From Phycisphaeraceae bacterium (GTDB lineage: Bacteria; Planctomycetota; Phycisphaerae; Phycisphaerales; Phycisphaeraceae), in the NCBI GenBank assembly GCA_963674705.1, contig OY771506.1:4256001-4320000 (forward strand): a stretch of 64,000 bases of DNA, given 5' to 3'. The notes beneath the pieces are model-generated. The model did not search any database and was not told the origin of the DNA. It saw only the letters and a program-made list of their open reading frames with translations. The first letter of the stretch is position 1; each line of letters starts with the position of its first letter. A program made the position numbers and the translations under genes. Shown in pieces: positions 1 through 8,238 of the stretch.

Positions 1-174
1 GGCAACACCTTTGAGTGCTTCCTGAGCATCTTCCTGGAAGTCGTGGCTGGAGATTTGCCGTAGTTTGGGCCGATCCGGGCCGCGCCAGCAGGACAACACA
101 CGGCTTACCCGGTTTTCCACGTCACCGGCTTCAAATACCGGATCAACTACAAGCAGGAGGTCTGAGCCGAGCAT
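1..174 (-). CDS. Partial CDS (5' part only), hypothetical protein running off the left edge
   Basis: My own translation of the minus strand from ATG 174 (MLGSDLLLVVDPVFEAGDVENRVSRVL...) stays open to position 1; it follows the co-oriented DUF192 gene. Confidence 0.45.
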   Translation of the reverse strand, partial: MLGSDLLLVVDPVFEAGDVENRVSRVLSCWRGPDRPKLRQISSHDFQEDAQEALKGVA

Positions 175-222
175 TCATCCCCACAACAGGCAGAAAAGTC
201 GTCTTTCACTGGAAAGATCGAC

Positions 223-756
223 TCATCGGACCCGGCTCTTAAGGTCCTCAACAGGTAGATCGATATGATCTCCCTGCTTAAGTCCGATCCGACGGATCGT
301 ACCCTCGCGAAACTCAATGGCGTACTGGGCGGGGTAGTGACTTTCGTAATACCTGACGGGATTATGAGGATTAGGTTCCACCTGCATGGCGTGCATCCAG
401 ACCACCTCCCCCTTGGCATTCAGAAACGCAATATCGATCGGTACCAGACAGTCGATCATCCAGAATTGACGTTGTTCTTCTTTCGGAAAGACAAATAACA
501 TCCCGCCATCTGCGGGGATATCCTCACGGCCTGATAATCCCTGTTGCCGGGAATCATCATCCAGCGCCAGTTCAAGCGTGAAGGTTTCGCCTTTGATCGT
601 GAGAGTCAGTTCCTGTTTTGACGGTTCGGTCGTTGTTTGCTGAACGTCGGTCGTAGAAGAACCGGTCGTGGCCGGCGGTTCTTCCTTGGATGAACAGCCA
701 GTCAGCAGTGACGCGATAAGCAATAACTGAACAATCAACAACCGTGCAATAGCCAA
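223..756 (-). CDS. DUF192 family lipoprotein
   Basis: Lipobox LTGC; motifs ELA...RQQGLSGR, GMLFVF, FWM..C..PIDIAF, AIEF. Confidence 0.85.
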   Translation of the reverse strand: MAIARLLIVQLLLIASLLTGCSSKEEPPATTGSSTTDVQQTTTEPSKQELTLTIKGETFTLELALDDDSRQQGLSGREDIPADGGMLFVFPKEEQRQFWMIDCLVPIDIAFLNAKGEVVWMHAMQVEPNPHNPVRYYESHYPAQYAIEFREGTIRRIGLKQGDHIDLPVEDLKSRVR

Positions 757-1721
757 GCCTCGTGCTCCTCGGTGAAAGTTACCGGGTCTTTCGACAACTT
801 CGTCAGGTCAAATGCTTCGGCAAACGTTTTCGCTGACATCTCAGTGAGTTGGTCCACGATACCGGACCAAAACGCCAGCAGTCCCACTATTCGCTCAGCG
901 GAAACACCTCGTTGACGGTAGGTGTCCAGCCGTGTGTCGCCGTGACGTTTGGCAAGACGCCTGCCATCGTGGCCCAGTACCAGCGGCAGGTGTGTGTAAC
1001 TGGGAACCGGCCCCAGTCCTAAACGATCATATATCAGCAATTGCCTGCCGGTCGAGCGTATCAGATCATCCCCGCGTACGACTTGTGTAACTCCCTGGCG
1101 TGCATCGTCCACCACGACCGCTAACTGATACGCAGGCAGGCCTGCCTTGGATGCAACGATAAAGTCACCGACCGTTTGATGGTTATCCACACGCTGCAGG
1201 CCGTGCAAGCCATCTTGGAACGTGACCTCGCCCTCCGGGACGATTAACCGCCACGCCTGATGAGATTCTTTGAGCAATTCTGAACAGTCAAAGATGGTAT
1301 TGATATGGGCCTCGGGCCTGCAAGTGCCGGGATATCGCAATTCGTGGCTGTCCTCATGCGGGGCGGATTGGGCTTGCTCGATGTCCTTGCGCGTACAAAC
1401 GCAGGGGTATATCTCGCCATGCTCAAGCAACTGGCACAAGGCCGCGTGATAGGGGGCCAGGTCCGACGCTTGATAGTACGGCCCCTCGTCCCAATCCATC
1501 CCCAGCCAGCCAAGCAGGTCAATAGCCAGCTTGTCCGCATCATCCTTGATGCGTGGCCCATCCAGGTCCTCGATCCGCAGAACGATCCGCCAGCCTGCCT
1601 GCCGGGCCATCGCCCAATTGATCAGAAACGATCGTGCATTACCCAGGTGCAAGGCTCCGGTCGGTGAGGGCGCCAGCCGGGTCACTTGGCTGCTTTGGGC
1701 TGTGGTTTGTGACGTTGACAT
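735..1721 (-). CDS. gluQ: Glutamyl-Q tRNA(Asp) synthetase (GluRS paralog lacking the anticodon domain)
   Basis: RLAPSPTGALHLGN, LRIEDLD, CxC zinc site, YQLAVVVDD, RGDDL, RLAKR; only ~330 aa; start placed at MSTSQ (1721). Confidence 0.85.
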   Translation of the reverse strand: MSTSQTTAQSSQVTRLAPSPTGALHLGNARSFLINWAMARQAGWRIVLRIEDLDGPRIKDDADKLAIDLLGWLGMDWDEGPYYQASDLAPYHAALCQLLEHGEIYPCVCTRKDIEQAQSAPHEDSHELRYPGTCRPEAHINTIFDCSELLKESHQAWRLIVPEGEVTFQDGLHGLQRVDNHQTVGDFIVASKAGLPAYQLAVVVDDARQGVTQVVRGDDLIRSTGRQLLIYDRLGLGPVPSYTHLPLVLGHDGRRLAKRHGDTRLDTYRQRGVSAERIVGLLAFWSGIVDQLTEMSAKTFAEAFDLTKLSKDPVTFTEEHEAWLLHGC

Positions 1722-1740
1722 ACTCGGGTATCGTATCCGC

Positions 1741-2391
1741 ATGCCGATCCAAGTACCCACAGCGAGTCATAAACCGATCCGATTGGCCGTGCTGCTCAGC
1801 GGCGGGGGCACGACGCTGGCAAACCTGACCGCCAAGATCGCTTCGGGCGATCTGGACGCCGAGGTAGCGATCGCGATCAGTTCCAATCAGAAGGCCTTCG
1901 AGAAGCTTCAATCACGGGATCTGGGTGTGCCGGCTCATCTGGTCGCCCGCAAGTCCTATGACGATACGCAAGCTTTCTCTGAAGCGGTGTTCAAACTCAT
2001 CCGTGAGGCCGAGGTCGACCTGGTCTGCCTGGCAGGGTTCCTGTGCCTGCTGTCGATCCCCGACGAATACGCTTATCGCGTTCTGAACATCCACCCGGCC
2101 TTGCTGCCTGCTTTCGGAGGAAAGGGCATGTACGGCCATCACGTCCACGAGGCGGTCCTACAGGCTGGATGCAAGGTCTCCGGCTGCACGGTCCACTTCG
2201 CAGACCAGACCTATGACACCGGCCCGATCCTCGTACAACGAACGTGCCCGGTCGAGAATGATGACACCCCCGACACGCTGGCCGCCCGCGTCTTCGAGCA
2301 GGAATGCCTGGCCTACCCTGAAGCGATACGCTTGATCGCAAGCGGGCAGATTGAAGTCGATCAGAGAATCACCCGTGTAGGTCCTAGCTAA
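1741..2391 (+). CDS. purN: Phosphoribosylglycinamide formyltransferase
   Basis: AVLLSGGGTT, LAGF, NIHPALLPAFGG, GCTVHF, DTGPI; start at ATG 1741. Confidence 0.93.
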   Translation: MPIQVPTASHKPIRLAVLLSGGGTTLANLTAKIASGDLDAEVAIAISSNQKAFEKLQSRDLGVPAHLVARKSYDDTQAFSEAVFKLIREAEVDLVCLAGFLCLLSIPDEYAYRVLNIHPALLPAFGGKGMYGHHVHEAVLQAGCKVSGCTVHFADQTYDTGPILVQRTCPVENDDTPDTLAARVFEQECLAYPEAIRLIASGQIEVDQRITRVGPS

Positions 2392-2483
2392 CTACCCTCG
2401 CGATTCAAATGAACCACAGGATGGAAGTGATCGGCTTCCACCCTGTGGCATCATTGCATTTTAAAGTTGACTCATTGGGATTA

Positions 2484-3380
2484 TCAGCGTCTGCGGCAGG
2501 CAAGTGCCAATGTACCCAGGGCCAGTAAGCCGAGGCTTGCCGGCTCCGGCACCAGGGTCGCGTCCGCAACCGCTGTAAGTTGCAGGCCATCCGCCTCGGT
2601 CAGCCCTAATCCTGTCAGCACACCGCTCAGATCGATGTCACTGGTCGTAGGATCGTCGTAGATCATGGCATAGATGACGAGCGAGGTAAGCAGGGTGCCG
2701 CGGTTCTGGGCGTGGTAGATATCGCCGGAGTGCAGGTTGTCCCAGTTCGCGTTTTCCCAGGCATCGCCGACCGGGGCGTAGAGCGCGGAACCTGTTCCGT
2801 AAGCAGCGTTGATGTCACCGGTTGACAGCGTATACCCCTCGCGAACCTCTTGCTGCATGGCTTCAGGGCTGGCGAACGTGCCGGGGTAGTACGAGTGGCC
2901 CGGGCCACGTGCCCAGGTCTCGAACATGATGGCCGTCACATCCGGGCTGTGCGCCGCCACGGCATCCCGCATCGCCACCGCATTGGTCCGATGCTGTGCG
3001 ACATTGCCGATGTGTGTCGGAGCAGTCGAATAATCCTGAAGGACGACATAATCCCAATTCTGACCGGGAGCGATCGCGGTCGTAATGGGACTGAGGTTGT
3101 AACTGAGATGCCAACTGAAACTTTGGCCATTCACGGCGGCATTGATCGAATACGGGGCTGGATTACCCGCCGCCACCGCGATCTCGGAAACTAAAGTCGG
3201 CACGCTCTTGGTGCTACCGACACCGTTCGTAAAACTGTTGCCGTAGTAAAGAATGTTAACCGCCTGAGCACGATCTGTAGCAGCCAGCAACATGACCACA
3301 GCCAAACAACACATGCATGTTTTCAATAGAAGTCTATTCACGAGGATTCTCCTCTCACTGATAGGTTGAAGTGAGTTCAA
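2484..3380 (-). CDS. PEP-CTERM secreted protein, SGNH-hydrolase-like (DUF4886-like)
   Basis: Signal peptide, YGNSFT, WDYVVLQD, DIYH; C-terminal VPEPAS + TM + RRR. Confidence 0.75.
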   Translation of the reverse strand: MNSLQPISERRILVNRLLLKTCMCCLAVVMLLAATDRAQAVNILYYGNSFTNGVGSTKSVPTLVSEIAVAAGNPAPYSINAAVNGQSFSWHLSYNLSPITTAIAPGQNWDYVVLQDYSTAPTHIGNVAQHRTNAVAMRDAVAAHSPDVTAIMFETWARGPGHSYYPGTFASPEAMQQEVREGYTLSTGDINAAYGTGSALYAPVGDAWENANWDNLHSGDIYHAQNRGTLLTSLVIYAMIYDDPTTSDIDLSGVLTGLGLTEADGLQLTAVADATLVPEPASLGLLALGTLALACRRR

Positions 3381-4081
3381 TGACGACGCATCGCGACCAG
3401 CACACCACCCAGACTCAACAAGACCAGGCTCGTTGGTTCGGGCACCGTGGTGATCTGCATCGCGCCGAGATAGTAGAATCCGCTTGAATTAACGTTGTTC
3501 GGGCCGGGGCTGACATCGATGGTGATCACACCCGCAGCGTCGGGGATCATGCCCGTGACGATCGCCACGTTATCCGTATTGTTGGACGGATCGAGGTAGC
3601 CGATATCGCTGTTAGCGCCACTGATCGCGAATTGAGTCTCGCGGTTGTCACTGACACTCATACGTGAGCCGAAGAAGACGAAGTCATACGTGGTCGCCCC
3701 GGAACTATCCAATCCTGTAAGTGTCAACGTCGCCAAGGGCAGGGGGGCGGGCTGGTTAAAATTAACAGTGTGACCGAAGAGGTTATCAACTGTGGCCGTG
3801 GTATCGAAGATCGACGCAGCGCCACCCGGGGTGGAGGTCCCGTTCTGATTGGACCCGGGATTGAATCCCACGGTTGTCAACCCGATCCCCGTTCCCGCAC
3901 CGGTAGTATCCAGTGCATTGAAGATCGGCAACTGGTTCTGCGTCACATTGTTGTAGTTATTTCCTGATGGTGTCGTGATTTCGCCGAAGTCAAACATCAA
4001 TGTGTTGGCCGAAGCATTGATACCGAGTGTAAGAACAGCCGTTAAACCGATAGTCGCTAACTTTGTGATACGATGAAACAT
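3377..4081 (-). CDS. PEP-CTERM secreted protein
   Basis: Signal peptide; C-terminal VPEPTSLVLLSLGGVLVAMRRH; AGGAGG RBS upstream. Confidence 0.85.
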   Translation of the reverse strand: MFHRITKLATIGLTAVLTLGINASANTLMFDFGEITTPSGNNYNNVTQNQLPIFNALDTTGAGTGIGLTTVGFNPGSNQNGTSTPGGAASIFDTTATVDNLFGHTVNFNQPAPLPLATLTLTGLDSSGATTYDFVFFGSRMSVSDNRETQFAISGANSDIGYLDPSNNTDNVAIVTGMIPDAAGVITIDVSPGPNNVNSSGFYYLGAMQITTVPEPTSLVLLSLGGVLVAMRRH

Positions 4082-4224
4082 CTCTAGTCCTCCTGAGGAT
4101 AAAATGAATACATGAAGTAGTCGGCGTGTGAATACATGGGCCGACGATGTGCAACTTGCCGAGGTGTTTGTGAATTGCTTGGTCTCTCTCCTCCTGTTCT
4201 GTGATTTGAAAAATGCAGAATTAT

Positions 4225-5271
4225 CTATTTGCCTTGATCGATCAGGGGAATCCCACCCGGCTGAACGCGTACGGGTTTGCCGGTTGGCGCAGCGGATGTC
4301 TGGTTGATCTCAAGCGTTGCAGGCAGCGCCTTCTGGATAGGCTCATTCATCCAGCCGCCTATCACACCGACGATCCAATGCCCGGCCTCGTAACCAAGTT
4401 CCTCTGTCGGCTGACACACTGCCGAAAGCATCGGGTTGACTTGCCGTCGCATGCGCCCGTCGTCAAAGCCAATCACCGAGAGCTGCTCCGGTACGGCTAT
4501 GTTCGCTAAATGAGCCTGGGATAACGCCCCGACAGCCGGATAGGGGTCTGCAAAGAAAACAGCGGTGGGGGGCTGGCGCTTGCTCATCAACTCATTGATC
4601 GCAGCACGCCCGCCTTCACGCGTCGGGTCTACCCGAACCACAAGCGAATCGTCGAAATCGATTCCGTGATGCTCAAGCGAGCGGCGGTAACCGGCAAAAC
4701 GATCTTCGTGATCGTGGTCATTAAAAGGCGGCAACGCCAAACCGATACGCTTGTGCCCCAGTTCGATCAGGTGATCGATCGCCCGTTCACTGGCGACTGA
4801 CGTGTCGCAGCAGACATAATTGATCCCGGGCTCATCGAAACGCTCAGCGATCGTGACACTGGGAAATCCTTCCTCGCTGATGGCCTGACATAACCGGAGG
4901 TTGCTCGATCCGGGCGGGATCACCACGCCACGCACACCACGACTATGGAAAAATGCGGTATAGGTGTCCTCATCCGTCTTATCACGCGTCACGTCGATGA
5001 ACTGCAGGTCCAGCTTGGATGTGTGTAAACCCCGACGGATCCCGTTCAACAACAGGCAGTCATAGAGCGTCAGGTCCCGGCGGCTGTCCACCATCATTCC
5101 GATGCAGCACCGCCCCTGGGCCGAATTGGGCACGGCATACCCCGCCTCATTGGCCGCCAATGCAACGCGCCGGCGAGTCTCCGCGCTGATGCCGGGATGG
5201 CTGTTCAAAGCCCGGGACACCGTAGCCGCCGATACGCCGGCTCGTTTCGCGATGTCACGGACAGAAGCCAT
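4225..5271 (-). CDS. LacI-family transcriptional regulator
   Basis: MASVRDIAKRAGVSAATVSRALN HTH; LIELGHKRIG, VPEQLSVIGFDD; start reassigned to 5271. Confidence 0.93.
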   Translation of the reverse strand: MASVRDIAKRAGVSAATVSRALNSHPGISAETRRRVALAANEAGYAVPNSAQGRCCIGMMVDSRRDLTLYDCLLLNGIRRGLHTSKLDLQFIDVTRDKTDEDTYTAFFHSRGVRGVVIPPGSSNLRLCQAISEEGFPSVTIAERFDEPGINYVCCDTSVASERAIDHLIELGHKRIGLALPPFNDHDHEDRFAGYRRSLEHHGIDFDDSLVVRVDPTREGGRAAINELMSKRQPPTAVFFADPYPAVGALSQAHLANIAVPEQLSVIGFDDGRMRRQVNPMLSAVCQPTEELGYEAGHWIVGVIGGWMNEPIQKALPATLEINQTSAAPTGKPVRVQPGGIPLIDQGK

Positions 5272-5287
5272 ACCAATCTCCCCAAAG

Positions 5288-5437
5288 GCAACAAATGTGC
5301 AACAAATATGCAACAAATATGCCATAGTGTTGCAATCAGCACAGGCAATGTCAAGCATAATCCCCAAAATTATTGATTTTTTGATCTATAAACATGATAT
5401 TATAGGGTATTGTGTTGGTAACATATGTGCAACACAT
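5288..5437. promoter_or_regulatory. AT-rich divergent control region with repeated GCAACAAAT/ATGTGCAAC motifs (candidate operators)
   Basis: Three tandem 11-mers GCAACAAAT(G/A)T at 5288-5320; ATGTGCAAC at 5295, 5425 and also 4147. Confidence 0.45.
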
Positions 5438-5581
5438 ACTCGCGGTAGATAACCACAATTGTGTTGAATTGGTTTTCGTCGCACGATCTCGATAGGGCTC
5501 CCGATTCATCCGCACACGAGCACATCTATCCCCAATACTGCATACTTCAGTGGACGTGCCGGACGGTCGATTAATCGCTGT

Positions 5582-6220
5582 ATGCCCTGGTTTGGTAATA
5601 AAAAGCCTGACGTCGACTTGAGTTCTTTGGCTGAGGGCAAGGACCCGCGAAGGGGTGCTCCGAGGCAGACGACCGACACCTTGAACTGCCATCTTGGCGA
5701 AGTGATGGATATCTCAAAGACCGGCGTACGCATCCGCTGTGCATCCAAACCGCCGTTCACCCCGGGCTCAGTCACATCCATTACGTTCATCCACCCCAGC
5801 GGGAAACTGCAGGTTTTCGTCCAGGAACGCTGGCGTAAACGCAAAGGGATCCGCGGCTGCTACGACATCGGTTTGATGTTCGTTAAGAACTCGCCAAAGG
5901 CGCTCAAAACCATCGAATCGTTGATGAAGTTTGGCTTCGTCTGTCCCGACGCTGTGCAAGACGATGAGTCAAAAAAGAAGCAGAAACCCAAACTGCGAGT
6001 CTCAGTTCACCTGCCGGATTACTACGCAGAATTGAACCTGACCAAAGAAGCTGCGGATCAGGATATTCAACACGCCTACCGCGTGCTTGCCCGTGAGTAC
6101 CACCCGGATCACAACAAGAATCCGGAAGCCCAACAGCGCTTTGTCAATATCACACAGGCCTACAAAGTGCTATCCGATCCCGAGCAGCGCCGCAGTTATG
6201 ACACGCGTCTAGCGGGTTGA
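5582..6220 (+). CDS. PilZ-like domain + C-terminal DnaJ (J) domain protein
   Basis: RRGAPR..DISKTG (RxxxR / DxSxxG PilZ motifs); DYYAEL...YHPDHN...AYKVLSDPEQRRSYD (HPD J-domain). Confidence 0.8.
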   Translation: MPWFGNKKPDVDLSSLAEGKDPRRGAPRQTTDTLNCHLGEVMDISKTGVRIRCASKPPFTPGSVTSITFIHPSGKLQVFVQERWRKRKGIRGCYDIGLMFVKNSPKALKTIESLMKFGFVCPDAVQDDESKKKQKPKLRVSVHLPDYYAELNLTKEAADQDIQHAYRVLAREYHPDHNKNPEAQQRFVNITQAYKVLSDPEQRRSYDTRLAG

Positions 6221-6265
6221 CTCGAAGCCTACCCATTACTGACTTTTCACTGTTCCGATATGTCT

Positions 6266-6919
6266 TTACAGGCTGGAGATAGCCCACACATACAGCTCAA
6301 CGACCGCGTATACCGGAAGCATAATCACACTCGCTACCGCGAACGTAAACAGAAATGCGAAAAACATGATCCCTTGATGTGCCGGGTCTGAAATAAACCG
6401 GGCATAGCCACGGCTGAAGTTGGCAAGGATATGTGAGCCGTCCAACGGCGGGACCGGCATCAGGTTGAATACCCCCAACAGGATATTAATCCCACCGAAT
6501 GCATTGAGTAAGATTTCGATGTTTTCTTCAAGCTGCGTGTCGATCGGCCCACCGAAACGATACCACAGCCCCAAGCCGGTCAACGCTACAAATCCCAGAA
6601 TAAAATTCGTCGCGGGCCCCGCAAATGCAACCAGGGCCTCGGCATATTTACCGCGCATACGCGTGGGGTCGATCGGCATCTGCCCCCACGCTATGCCAAT
6701 CATGAGTAACGCAACTAACGAGAATGGCCCCATGTGCACCAGCGGATTGCCGGTCATGTGACCCGTGCGGATCGGCGTATCATCGCCCAACCGGATCGCC
6801 GCCCAGCCGTGAGCCAACTCGTGCAGTGTGATGCTGATCACCACGGTAATCACCGCGGCAAAGAAAAACGTCCGCTGGGTCGGGTCAAAGGCTTTTTCAA
6901 TGAAAAGATTTCCGAACAA
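6266..6919 (-). CDS. Site-2 protease (M50 family) membrane metalloprotease
   Basis: HELAH, AGPATN, FNLMPVPPLDG. Confidence 0.9.
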   Translation of the reverse strand: MFGNLFIEKAFDPTQRTFFFAAVITVVISITLHELAHGWAAIRLGDDTPIRTGHMTGNPLVHMGPFSLVALLMIGIAWGQMPIDPTRMRGKYAEALVAFAGPATNFILGFVALTGLGLWYRFGGPIDTQLEENIEILLNAFGGINILLGVFNLMPVPPLDGSHILANFSRGYARFISDPAHQGIMFFAFLFTFAVASVIMLPVYAVVELYVWAISSL

Positions 6920-7020
6920 TCACTTACCCTCTGGTCGAACCGCTACATTTCTGCGACACTGTGTGCCTCATGGTAGGGATGCCACAAACCCATCAATCGT
7001 CACAAGGATGAGACACAGAC

Positions 7021-8232
7021 ATGATACTCTCTGCTAACCGCTTGTGTTCAGGGCTCTTCCTGAGCATGTGTATCGTTGCACTTGGTTTGCTCCCCGGCTG
7101 CAATCGTGCCGCAGTCGCGCCGCCGGATTACAGCCGACCTTTGCCGCCCGGCGCCAGCGCTCTGCGTTTGGTCACGGACCCGGCGCGGGTGCCGGATATG
7201 TCCTCCGCTGTCCGGCAACTGTCAGATCCCGGCTTCCAGCAGGCGCTGGCAAACAGCATCACGTGGTATGACATCCCGTCGACTCAGGGCCTGTTCCCCG
7301 TCGCCGGCATCAGCCACGTCCACGCTCAGACTTCTGCCTGGGCTTTGCTGCAGATCAGCCGCAGTCCCAATCCATTAGGCGAAATCCACAGCAACTTCGA
7401 TGTCTATGAATCTGTCGGCTACGACGGCTCAGGCATCGTCTTCTTCACCGGTTACTACAGCCCGGTCTTCAAGGCGTCACGCACCCGAACGGCCAACTTC
7501 CAGTATCCGCTGTACAAAAAGCCCGCCGATCTGTCGACGAATCCGCTCACCGGCGAAGTGATGGGTAGCTACCCTACCCGCTCGCAGCTCGAATCCTCAA
7601 ATTCGCTTGCCGGGACGGAGTTGGTCTATCTGGCCACCCGATTGGACGCCTATATCATCCAGGTCAACGGCTCAGCCAAACTCGAAATGACCGATGGGTC
7701 CACCATGTACGTCGGCTATGCCGGCACCAACGGCCACGAATACACCAGTATCGGCCAGGAACTGGTTAAGGACGGCAAGATCAACCCTGATCGCTTGAGT
7801 CTTCCGACGCTGCGGGCCTACTTCCAGTCCAACCCGGGCGAACTCGACGGCTACATCAAACGCAACGACCGGTTCGTGTTCTTCCGGGAATACTCCGGCG
7901 ACACCTGGCCCGCCGGCTCGCTGGGCTTCAAGGTGACGCCTCGACGCTCCCTTGCCACGGACAAATCCATCTTCCCCCGAGCCTGTGTCGTGCTGGTGAC
8001 GACCGACAAGGGGCCGAGCGGGGGATGGGCGATGCCGACCAGCCAGCTCATGCTCGATCAGGACACCGGCGGGGCGATCCGGGCACCCGGGCGCGGCGAC
8101 ATCTACTTCGGGATCGGCCCCAGCGCTGAGGCCAACGCCGGCAGGCAGGCCGCCGAGGGCAGGATGTATTACCTGCTATTGAAGCGTGACTGCGTCCAGG
8201 CATGGTACGACCGGATGAAGGGTTCGCAGTAA
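7021..8232 (+). CDS. mltA: Membrane-bound lytic murein transglycosylase A
   Basis: Lipobox LPGC; FTGYYSP, IQVNGS, YAGTNGH.Y.SIG, SLATD, QDTGGAI, DIYFG. Confidence 0.88.
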   Translation: MILSANRLCSGLFLSMCIVALGLLPGCNRAAVAPPDYSRPLPPGASALRLVTDPARVPDMSSAVRQLSDPGFQQALANSITWYDIPSTQGLFPVAGISHVHAQTSAWALLQISRSPNPLGEIHSNFDVYESVGYDGSGIVFFTGYYSPVFKASRTRTANFQYPLYKKPADLSTNPLTGEVMGSYPTRSQLESSNSLAGTELVYLATRLDAYIIQVNGSAKLEMTDGSTMYVGYAGTNGHEYTSIGQELVKDGKINPDRLSLPTLRAYFQSNPGELDGYIKRNDRFVFFREYSGDTWPAGSLGFKVTPRRSLATDKSIFPRACVVLVTTDKGPSGGWAMPTSQLMLDQDTGGAIRAPGRGDIYFGIGPSAEANAGRQAAEGRMYYLLLKRDCVQAWYDRMKGSQ

Positions 8233-8238
8233 GTAGCG

